From Antedon mediterranea (taxonomy: Eukaryota; Animalia; Echinodermata), in NCBI RefSeq assembly GCF_964355755.1, contig NC_092676.1:29530871-29594870 (forward strand): a stretch of DNA of 64,000 nucleotides, read 5' to 3'. Made by a program: the position numbers and the translations under genes. The notes below the pieces were generated by a model. The model was not told the origin of the DNA and made no database searches. It saw only the letters and a program-made list of their open reading frames with translations. Position 1 is the stretch's first letter, and each line of letters starts with the position of its first letter. Below, in pieces: positions 12,032 to 21,718 of the stretch.

Positions 12032-12744
12032 TCACTAAATCAGTCTACAAAATGGATTTACATTTATCTGGTGGATTCAATTACGTTTTTTCATTAAAAA
12101 GTTAAATATATATGAAAATTATAATAAAATTGGAATAAAAACTTAATCAAATTGTAGAAGAATGATTAGAATAATAGCCTTATATACACATACATGTTTT
12201 AATAAAAAAAAAAAATGTAGAAAGATACAGCTGTGGTAATTATTATGATTTACATTAAAGACAAAACTAGTGACAATATGAAAAGCTTGTACATGATATT
12301 GAACAAGAACAATCTTGGTACAATGGGTATAGACCGGCAGCCCAGAGACATTTGGTTAGATGAGCTAGGTACCAATATCTGACTATTTGAGTGTGTTGGG
12401 GGTCACTTGAAGTGAATGAAAATGGGAGTCTGCCGGGTACCCCCTGCTGCGTCTAGACCGGGGGGACCCCGAAACGTGCTAAAAAATCGGCACAGGTTAG
12501 ATGAGAGAGATACCACCTAATTTTACCACCATGGGATGCCCATTGGCATCCTTATAACAGTATCACAAACGACAGACTTTTTCTCTGCTGCAAAAGGCCC
12601 GCCAGACCCCCCGAGGGAGGGCCTAAAATGGGGTTAGCATAGATGAGTGAGGTACCACTCAAAATCAATTCCAAACGAACAAGTTGTGTTCATACAATAC
12701 TAAATGGATAACAACAGACTAATTGTCTGCTGCACCGCAAGTGC

Positions 12745-13295
12745 CAGACACCCTAAAGTTAGACTAGAGGCCCCCCTTCCCCCAACTAACCCAGCTTAGA
12801 TATTGTAGATACCACCAGCAACCAATGTTATATGATTTAGCACATTGTAAGCAATACCAAATGACCTATTACAGACTATCTGAACACTGCCCTGGCCCTG
12901 GCAGACCCCTCTAAAGTTAGACTAGAGACCCTCTTTCCCCAACTAGCCCAGCTTAGATATTGTAGATACCACCAGCAACCAATGTTATATGATTTAGCAC
13001 ATTGTAAGCAATCACCAAATGACCTATTACAAACTATCTGTACACTGCCTTGACCCTGGCAGACCCCTCTAAAGTTCGACTAGAGACTCCATTCCCCCCA
13101 ACTGGCCTAGCTTAGATATTGTTGATACCACCAGCAACCAATGTTATAATTATGATTTAGCACATTGTAAGCAATACAAAATGACCTATAACAGACTATC
13201 TGTACACTGCCTTGGCACTGGCAGACCCCTCTAAAGTTCCCCCATTTACCCCAAGTATATAGCCTACCTTAGATATTGTAGATACCACCAGCAGC
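12745..13295. repeat. ~157-bp tandem subrepeat inside the left arm (mirrored at ~18520-19070)
   Basis: TTAGATATTGT(A/T)GATACCACCAGCA recurs at 12796, 12953, 13112 and 13269. Confidence 0.9.
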
Positions 13296-13834
13296 AAAAA
13301 AATAACCACCCAAAACAACATGTTTAATTGAATAAAGTTTAACTTTAATCGAACTAACACAAAACAATTGAAAATATATCACATCAATGATGATAAAATG
13401 ACCATTACCATTCTAAAGGGGAAAATAGTTTAAGAGTTTCAATTAAAACTTATATATTATAAGCCAAATATATATAACAAGTATGGATTCGGGTAAATTT
13501 AGCATTCCTTGCCTTTGGATGTCAAAGATACATCCGTCTGTAACTCTTGGACATATTTTGAGAGAAAGCTTAGTAATCACCCTAATCAAATTCAGGATTG
13601 TAGTAACTTAATCTTAAGTGATTTGATTAATTAATAGTGGGTAATTTTAAATGCTGTATATTATAATCTTAATCCTGTATTCATATGTATATATATATAT
13701 ATTTATAAATCCAAAGGCAAATTACTGAAAAAATGACAATGCTGTGGGTATCAGTGGCTGGATCTCAATGGAGATACAAAAAAAAAAAGCGAAAAGCTAA
13801 ATCAAAACGATAAAGTAAACAGCCAGAAAAGTTA

Positions 13835-13872
13835 GCAGAGCTTTCGCGCAACACTAGCCCTTCATCAGTGCA
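13835..13872 (-). ncRNA. Minimal type I hammerhead ribozyme motif (PLE pLTR, inverted copy)
   Basis: Minus strand reads TGCA-CTGATGA-A-GGGC-TAGTGTT-GCGC-GAAA-GC-TC-TGC: core intact, one mismatch in helix II. Confidence 0.65.
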
Positions 13873-14624
13873 AGTCTTATATAGATGCGTTGAGGCTGCA
13901 AACGTGCTCAATTGGAATCAAGAGCGAATATATATTTTTATAAAGTAGATGGAACACGGACGTCTATTACACGGTGTTTCACGTTAAACGATCTTCAGGT
14001 AGACTGAACAATACCGTATCTCGATCGAAAAAAATATTTTAAAAAAAATTATAAATATATATAATTTTTTTTTTATGTACTTTATTTATGTAGATATGTA
14101 GTACTGTATCTATTAAAAAAGGTATTTGAACAAAATTAGAGATCTCAATGAGATCCAAATTGACAATTGCCGCAAAATCCTCACTGAGTTTGACGTTGAA
14201 ATTCACTCTAGAACTAAGAAGTTGAAAAGAGAACTTCCTGCATCCTAGTTTCAAAACAAATTCAGGATTATCGCCAATGACTGCCGTAAACAATCAACGG
14301 TAATGGCCCGAAGGGAACATCACAAATTTGGTCTACCATGCAGACTTGGTCATTTCAACACAAATGACTCTACCTTCGGATGACTTCAGGGCTTTTAGGA
14401 AACCCTGCAGAAGGTTCGTTTGGACATATAACAAGAATCAGAGCAACACCTCTGATTCAGTTGTTGAAATTAATTGTCGACTTTCCGAAGGAGAGAAAAA
14501 ACTTCCTTCCCGAGGACTTAAATTCTGCCCAAAACCAAGGCAGGTCGGCGCACAACAACTATCTTTGGATATAGAGTCTTTTTCTAGAAGATTACGATTA
14601 CGTGATTATTTTGCTGATTCAGGC

Positions 14625-16326
14625 GGTTCTAGGACACCTACCCCCTAGACAGTTACCCCCCGGATGTTTACCACCCGGACAACTACCCCCTTAGGACAAC
14701 TACCCCCCGGACAACTACCCCCCGGACAACTACCCCCTTAGGACAACTACCCCCTTAGGATAACAACCCCCCGGACAACTACCCCCCGGACAACCACCCC
14801 CTTAGGACAACTACCCCCTTAGGATAACTACCCCCCGGTCAACTACCCCCCGGTCAACTACCCCCCGGTAAACTACCCCCCCCCCCCCCCCCAATCCAAA
14901 AGTAGACAAATATATAGGACCGGTTTCTGTAAAAATGAAATCATCTGTTTTTAACGGGTGTTTCGAAACTAGAGACCCGAGACCAGAGACCTGACACGAG
15001 ACCCAATACGAAAAGGGAGACCTATATTTGGGTCTCCCTTTTCGTATATTAGGGTCTCCCTTTTCGTATAGTGTGGTCTCTCTTTTCGTATAGTGGGGTC
15101 TCCCTTTTCTTATAGTGGGTCTCCCTTTTCGTATATTTAGGTTTCCCATTTCGTATATTTTGGTCTCCCTTTTCGTATATTTGGTCTCCCTTTTCGTATA
15201 TTTAGGTCTCCCTTTTCGTATATTAGGGTCTCCCTTTTTCGTATAGTGGGGTCTCCCTTTTCGTATAGTGGGGTCTCCCTTTTCGTACGTGGGTCTCCCT
15301 TTTCGTATATTTAGGTCTCCCTTTTCGTATTGGGTCTCGGGTCTCTGGTCTCTGGTCTCGGGTCTCTAGTTTCGAAACACCCGTTTTTAACCGATTATTC
15401 TGTTTAACAGCACGCTAGACCCTAGATGTGCTAGATTTAAAGTACCGTATTTATTGAAAAAAGGGCCTGGGCTGTTTATTGTTTAGGTGGTTTTTAGGTG
15501 GACATTTATTGGAAGAAATTTTTTTATTCAATGGGAGGGGGTATAATCTAATGGAAATAGACGCCGATTATTCCATATGATGTTTCATAGGAGTGACATG
15601 GTCACCGTTTATTTGAGGGGAATTTATTTAAAGATCGACGTTTATTCGGTGAGTGAACATTGAGGTCAAATATAAAAAGTGATATTATTCTTCAAGTGTA
15701 CAAAAATACATATATGACAAATTTGAGACAAAAATTAATTCTTTTAAGACCAGTGGTTATCGAAGCATTGTCCTGACGCAAAAATTATTATTATTATTAG
15801 TGAACCCAGTCTTTACAGTAAATACATGGAGTACTATATAATACGTTCGACTATCCTATGATCATGTGTAACAATCTTCAGTTTATACCACCAGGCTATA
15901 TTTATGTTCAATCTTTTACTTTTGTTTACAATAATGAATAGGCCCTAGTAATTCGTCAAAGTAACGAATTAAAATATAGTTATTAATTAATAGTTGCAGA
16001 GTCAGGTTGTTGAATGGTCTGGGTGGTTAGGGTGTTCTAAAGGGATAGTTTTCTGGGTGGTAATTGTCCGGGGGGTAATTGTCCGGGGGGTAATTGTCCG
16101 GGGGGTAATTGTTCCTAGGGGGTAATTGTCCGGGGGGTAGTTGTCCAGGGGGTAGTTGTCCTAAGGGGGTTGTTGTCCTAAGGGGGTAGTTGTCCGGGGG
16201 GTATTTGTCCGGGGGGTAGTTGTCCTAAAGGGGTAGTTGTCCTAAGGGGGTAGTGGTCCAGGTGGTGGTTGTCCGGGGGGTAGTTGTCCGGGGGGTAAAT
16301 GTCCAGGGGGTGAATATCCGGATACG
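14625..16326. mobile_element. MULE-like non-autonomous element inserted in the PLE ORF
   Basis: 9-bp TSD GATTCAGGC at 14616-14624 and 16327-16335; imperfect TIRs followed by arrays of GGACAACTACCCCCC (14650-14880) and its complement (16030-16310). Confidence 0.85.
14956..15382. mobile_element. MULE-like MITE nested in the previous element
   Basis: TIR GGGTGTTTCGAAACTAGAGACCCGAGACCAGAGACC; 9-bp TSD GTTTTTAAC at 14947-14955 and 15383-15391; internal ~22-bp GGTCTCCCTTTTCGTATA array. Confidence 0.9.
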
Positions 16327-17670
16327 GATTCAGGCAGCAGCACCACGCAAAACGAAGGCAACGTTAACAAATTTAAACCAAAAAGTTCCTGGAATCCACC
16401 TAAAAATCTTTGTCCAGCTTTAGAAACATTTTATCCAGGCTATTGAGGAGGATGTACAAAACTACGTCCCGAGTCCAGATAAACGTGACAATCTCAAAAC
16501 AAGAGAGGCAGGCCATTGCCAAATTGCGTCAGCGTAATGATATCATCATTAAACCCGCTGATAAAGGTTCTGCCACTGTTGCTATGGACATCAAATTTTA
16601 TTAAGAGGAATCCTTAAGACAGCTTCATTATATATCATAAACTCACAACGGAACCCACCCCGGAAATTGCGGATAAGGTGGCAAAATCTGTTTCTGTGAT
16701 GGTAAAAAAAAACACTCCATCGATCCTAAGATTTACAGTTACCAAATCCACTAGTAGCGTTGATTTTGTGGACACTATAGTGACCATAGAAAATGGTACT
16801 CTCAAAACTGACCTATTCCGTAAATCCACTGATAAAAATATGTACCTGCTCCCTAGCAGTTGTCATCCCCAACATTGTACTAAAAACATACCGAACAGTA
16901 AAGCATTACCTATCAGACGTATCTGTTCTTCAGATTTAGATTTTCAGAATCGTACCGAAGAACTAACCGGACATCTCCGGAGTAGAAATTACAAACCTAT
17001 CAACCTAGGTTGCCTCCATTACGGGGCTATTCATTTATTGAGAAACATATGCCCATTCTAAAGTCCACAGAACGTCTCAGGACTGTTTTTCCGGAACCAC
17101 CCATTATTGCATTTCGTAGACCTCCCAACCTTCGTGATATATTAGTCAGATCCAAATGTAAGAGTGAAATTAACTCTCATGACAGTCAAAATTTGGGCAG
17201 TCACCTTTGCGGCAAATCTTGCAAAACTTGTTCATTGGTTGATTCTACTGAAAAATTTAAGAGTAACCAAACTGGCCGCATTTTTCGGATAAGACAATCA
17301 ATTAATTGTCTAACCAAAAACGTCATTTATCTCAATATTTGTGGCAAACAGTACGTCGGAGAAACAAAAAACACTCTCCGTATGAGAATGACACAACACA
17401 GATCAGCTATCAACACATTAAAGCTTGTTCAACCTGTAGCCGAACATTTTAATTCATCTGGTCACTCGATAACAAATTTCAGAGTTATTGCAATATTCCA
17501 TGTGTCAAATGGAGCGACAAAACTTGCAAAGACAAGGAAAACCACTGGGAATTACAACTTAAAACCACAAAACCTTTTGTACTTAACATTAGAAACATAC
17601 TCCCAGGTTGGTAAAATTATTCTATTGTCTACCTAAATTTAAGTTTCAATATTAACCACCATTTAAGCTG

Positions 17671-17787
17671 TTTTTAGTCGCGTGGACGCGACTCTATAGT
17701 TCACTATGTCGGCGGTCGGTCGGTCTGTCTGTCGGTCCGGTATCACTATGCGTTTTAGCACGCGACTTATGGCTGTTGGCCATGTTT
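17671..17787 (+). mobile_element. Short Helentron-associated (HINE/DINE-1-like) element in the PLE 3' UTR
   Basis: T-run start, subterminal inverted repeats AGTCGCGTG / CACGCGACT, (GTCG/GTCT)n microsatellite, 3' hairpin ATGGC-tgttg-GCCAT, ends in TT. Confidence 0.7.
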
Positions 17788-17936
17788 AGTTCCATTCCAA
17801 AATTGTTTATACTGTATCTCTACCAAGCTACCTTCTTTGTTTTCTACTTTTATTCAGACTCCACCCTGTCTCCTTTTGTTGTATTTCTTTTATTCCTGTC
17901 CACCCAGGCAGCACTTGCCAGCTCTTATCCTTCACT

Positions 17937-17974
17937 TGCAATGATGAAGGGCTAGTGTTGCCCGAAAGCTCTGC
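17937..17974 (+). ncRNA. Minimal type I hammerhead ribozyme motif (PLE 3' pLTR), core C3>A
   Basis: TGCA-ATGATGA-A-GGGC-TAGTGTT-GCCC-GAAA-GC-TC-TGC: helix II perfect, first core base substituted. Confidence 0.55.
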
Positions 17975-20959
17975 TAACGTTTCTGGCTGTTTTACTTTAT
18001 CCTTTTGATTTAGCTTTTCACTTTTTGTTTGTATCTCCATTGAGATTCAGCCACTGATACCCACAGCATTGTCATTTTTCAGTTATTTGCCTTTGGATTT
18101 ATATATATAAATATATATAGAGGATTAAGATTATAATATACAGCATTTAAAATTACCAACTATTAATTAATCAAATCACTTTGCATTAAGTTACTACAAT
18201 CCTGAATTTGATTAAGGTGATTACTAAGCTTTCTCTTAAAATAGGTTGCAAGAGTTACAGACGAATGTATCTTTGACATTCAAAGGCAAGGAATTCCAGA
18301 TCCTCACAATTCTTCGCAGGAATGCTAAATTTACTCGAATCCGTACTTGTTTATATTTGGCTTAAGTTTGAAGTGAAACTCTTAAACTATTTTTCCCTTT
18401 AAAATGGTAATGGTCATTTTATCGTCATTGATGTGATATATTTTCAATTGTTTTGTGTTAGTTCGGTTAAAGTTAAACTTTATTCAATTAAATATGTTGT
18501 TTTGGGTGGGTTTTTTTTGCTGGTGGTGGTATCTACAATATCTAAGGTAAGCTATATACTTGGGGTAAATGGGGAAACTTTAGAGGGGTCTGCCAGTGCC
18601 AAGGCAGTGTACAGATAGTCTGTTATAGGTCATTTGGTATTGCTTACAATGTGCTAAATCATAATTATAACATTGGTTGCTGGTGGTATCTACAAGATCT
18701 AAGCTAGGCCAGTTGGGGAATGGAGTCTCTAGTTGAACTTTAGAGGGGTCTGCCAGGGCCAAGGCAGTGTACAGATAGTTTGTAATAGGTCATTTGGTGA
18801 TTGCTTACAATGTGCTAAATCATATAACATTGGTTGCTGGTGGTATCTACAATATCTAAGCTGGGCTAGTTGGGGAAAGAGGGGTCTCTAGTCTAACTTT
18901 AGAGGGGTCTGCCAGGGCCAGGGCAGTGTTCAGATAGTCTGTAATAGGTCATTTGGTATTGCTTACAATGTGCTAAATCATATAACATTGGTTGCTGGTG
19001 GTATCTACAATATCTAAGCTGGGTTAGTTGGGGGAAGGGGGGCCTCTAGTCTAACTTTAGGGTGTCTGGCACTTGCGGTGCAGCAGACAATTAGTCTGTT
19101 GTTATCCATTTAGTATTGTATGAACACAACTTGTTCGTTTGGAATTGATTTTGAGTGGTACCTCACTCATCTATGCTAACCCCATTTTAGGCCCTCCCTC
19201 GGGGGGTCTGGCGGGCCTTTTGCAGCAGAGAAAAGTCTGTCGTTTGTGATACTGTTATAAGGATGCCAATGGGCATCCCATGGTGGTAAAATTAGGTGGT
19301 ATCTCTCTCATCTAACCTGTGCCGATTTTTTAGCACGTTTCGGGGTCCCCCCGGTCTAGACGCAGCAGGGGGTACCCGGCAGACTCCCATTTTCATTCAC
19401 TTCAAGTGACCCCCAACACACTCAAATAGTCAGATATTGGTACCTAGCTCATCTAACCAAATGTCTCTGGGCTGCCGGTCTAGTACATTTCTTGGCTAGT
19501 GATAAAGAGGGCGGCAAACATAATGTAATATATCTTCCAGATGTTGCACTGGTGGTCCCTTCATTTTGTGTTCGTACCCAACATATTATAAATGCCGCCA
19601 TACAATGTTTAGACATAATTTAAAGTAGAAACTAGAAACTATATATTATTATACATCGGTCAAACTAATCGTGAAACCTATTTATTATCGTACCACCGGA
19701 AATACATTCCTACTCTTTGAGATTTAAGAAAATAGCTATATCGCCCTCTATTAATTTTCCTCATCTCATTTATTACTGTACGACGTATACATAATTATTG
19801 TTGATGTGAAAATGGACGTGCGCCACCGATTTAAAGGAGTAATACATTATGTAAATATACATATTATTAAAAGTAATAAAAATAATATTATTCCAATAAT
19901 GGGATTTAATTAATTATTACAAACAAATGTTGAAAGGTGCTTTGTTTTACTGTATTTAAAAAAAAATGTGAATGATATTGTTAAACATTGTTTAGTAAAA
20001 TTAATATCACTTAGTAGTCTGTCTATTTCTGGACAATGAAGGGTATCTTTCATATATTTTTAAAAAAATCATAAAAAAAAAAATCGCAATACACAATATT
20101 GTATATCAGTAAAAACACAGTAATCTTTAATTTGCATTTACAGTACTAAAAAATGGGCAATGACCTTAATAGGGAAACTGCGCGCGCATCCCCAGGTTAC
20201 ACAAAATGCAATTCGAGCGCAGTACACGCACTTCCGTTTTAAATATTTTACGCGCGAGCGCAGTGCACGCACTTCCGATTCCAATTCAGCTGTGTTCGGT
20301 TAAGTGCTGCCTATGTTGTTAGAAATAATACCATAGTATTTTGATAAATAAAAATTAATTTATTAATTCATATTTTTGTCTAGTAAGTGAATGTTTCCCG
20401 TTAGACAAAAGTTAAATCTCAAAAGGCGATAAATCTACTACCTTAAAAATATATATTGTATTGGAAAAAAACATCAATTCATGGGTTCTTTTTAGGAATA
20501 CGGTACAATGAGGTACCGTGCGACTATTTATTCTATATTGAATGAACATGCTATGATATTTCAATTAATAATACCGAATTAAGACTCAGATCATACTACT
20601 GCCTAACCAACACACACTGCTAATAATTGATATTTTACGAATGAGAAATATCAGAATAAAAGAATGGTATTAAAAATATGCATTTTCGAATATGAACGAA
20701 AATTATAAATTGATCAAGACATTTCCGCGCTATTTTATTAATAGATGATGCGAGTAGTTACTCAACGTCTGGATTTCTCTTTTAATAATCTATATCCCCG
20801 AAATGTAATCATGAACTGTATGACAGCATTGGATATGAGACACGACACCTTCCGCCCTGTGCCGACAAACGTTTCTGATCAAAAACAAAATTTGCCCGGG
20901 AAAATAGAAATAGAAATTTTCATTCGATTGGAAAACAGCGGAGAGAGAACAAACAAAGG

Positions 20960-21250
20960 AACAGACTGAAATGCGGCCTAGTGACGTCACCACTCAATTA
21001 CAATCTCGTAATCTGATAGCTTTAGGCAAGCACTCTGACCCCCACATGTTCATATTTCAAACGCATTTCTCTCGCACATAAATTTATATTATCTGAAATT
21101 GATTGTATATATACATTAAAAGCATATTATGGAAAACATATATTAAAGTTTGAACACTACAAATAATGTAAATTATGAAATATAGCTTGTTTTTCGAACA
21201 AAAAACTCTGCGATGGGAGGAAGTCGGAACAGCCAATCGAATGCACGATG
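20960..21250 (+). promoter_or_regulatory. Putative ARID1 proximal promoter
   Basis: CRE TGACGTCA at ~20982, ETS-like GGAAGT/CGGAA and CCAAT at ~21218-21238, 0.5-0.75 kb upstream of ATG 21719. Motif evidence only. Confidence 0.35.
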
Positions 21251-21718
21251 AAAAGAATGCCATAGACTATCAACTACCTTGGAATTTTGTCTCCTATCGA
21301 GGCAGCCGAAATTAGTTCCAAATAAATGAGTAGATAGACAAATCCTATGAGTCTTGTAATTATTCAGGTGTCGTATATGAGTTTAAAAAGTGGAAGACAA
21401 AATATTTAGGCAGCAAATTTGGCTTTATAAGAATGTTTCAGAGGAACAAATGTGGCCATTGGCGCATTAATTTTTGTCGTAAATGCAGTGTAAATGTGTG
21501 TGTTTCTCTCTCCTATGTGCGCCATAATAAGCCCATCGTGTGATTCGGACTTCCCGATGGCAGCATAACTTTCTGTTATATTTTACATTGCGCTAAGGTG
21601 GAAAACACGTGTGCTAATCACAAGGAGCACATCTTGGACTATCTATGATTTGTGTGGGACATTCACCGGGCGGCTAGAGCCGACGTAAGGCCCTACATTC
21701 AACTGTTTTCATCGAATA

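Larger units (their letters stand above)
14130..17600 (+). pseudogene. Disrupted PLE RT/GIY-YIG ORF
   Basis: ORF pieces 14328-14624, 16336-16604, 16678-17061 and 17010-17636 lie in different frames and are collinear once the 14625-16326 insertion is removed. Confidence 0.85.
13700..18115 (+). mobile_element. Defective Penelope-like retroelement (Neptune-type, RT + C-terminal GIY-YIG endonuclease) with inverted 5' pLTR fragment
   Basis: Fragments RGLKFCPKP..FSRRLRLRDYF, FKPKSSWNPP, DIIIKPADKG, FVDTIV..LKTDLFRKSTD..YL..SSCHP, IIAFRRPPNLRDILVRS, Cys linker CGKSCKTC, and NVIYL..CGKQYVGETK..RMTQHRS..VAEHF. Frameshifts and stops are present and the RT catalytic core is missing. The 3' end (17934-18110) is repeated inverted at 13700-13875 and both ends abut (AT)n. 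Confidence 0.9.
12330..19482. mobile_element. Large non-autonomous TIR/fold-back element, Academ-like, carrying nested cargo
   Basis: Inverted arms 12330-13875 and 17934-19482; ends 5'-TAGACCGGCAGCCCAGAG...CTCTGGGCTGCCGGTCTA-3'; GTA at 12327-12329 and 19483-19485. The superfamily call rests on the TAG..CTA ends, 3-bp TSD and long TIRs; no transposase is present. Confidence 0.8.

Noticed and set aside
14811-15149. 112-aa ORF with repeated RKGRP/RGVVD
   Set aside because: Translation of MITE subterminal repeats.
15445-15819. Further Tc1-like MITE inside the MULE-like element (TA-CCGTATTT ... TTTACAG-TA)
   Set aside because: Ends too degenerate to define a TIR pair with confidence.
14130-17636. 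Active PLE or selenoprotein-type (Naiad) PLE
   Set aside because: Frameshifts, TAG/TAA stops and a missing RT core; the endonuclease is C-terminal, not N-terminal as in Naiad; no in-frame TGA at conserved Cys and no SECIS was recognised.
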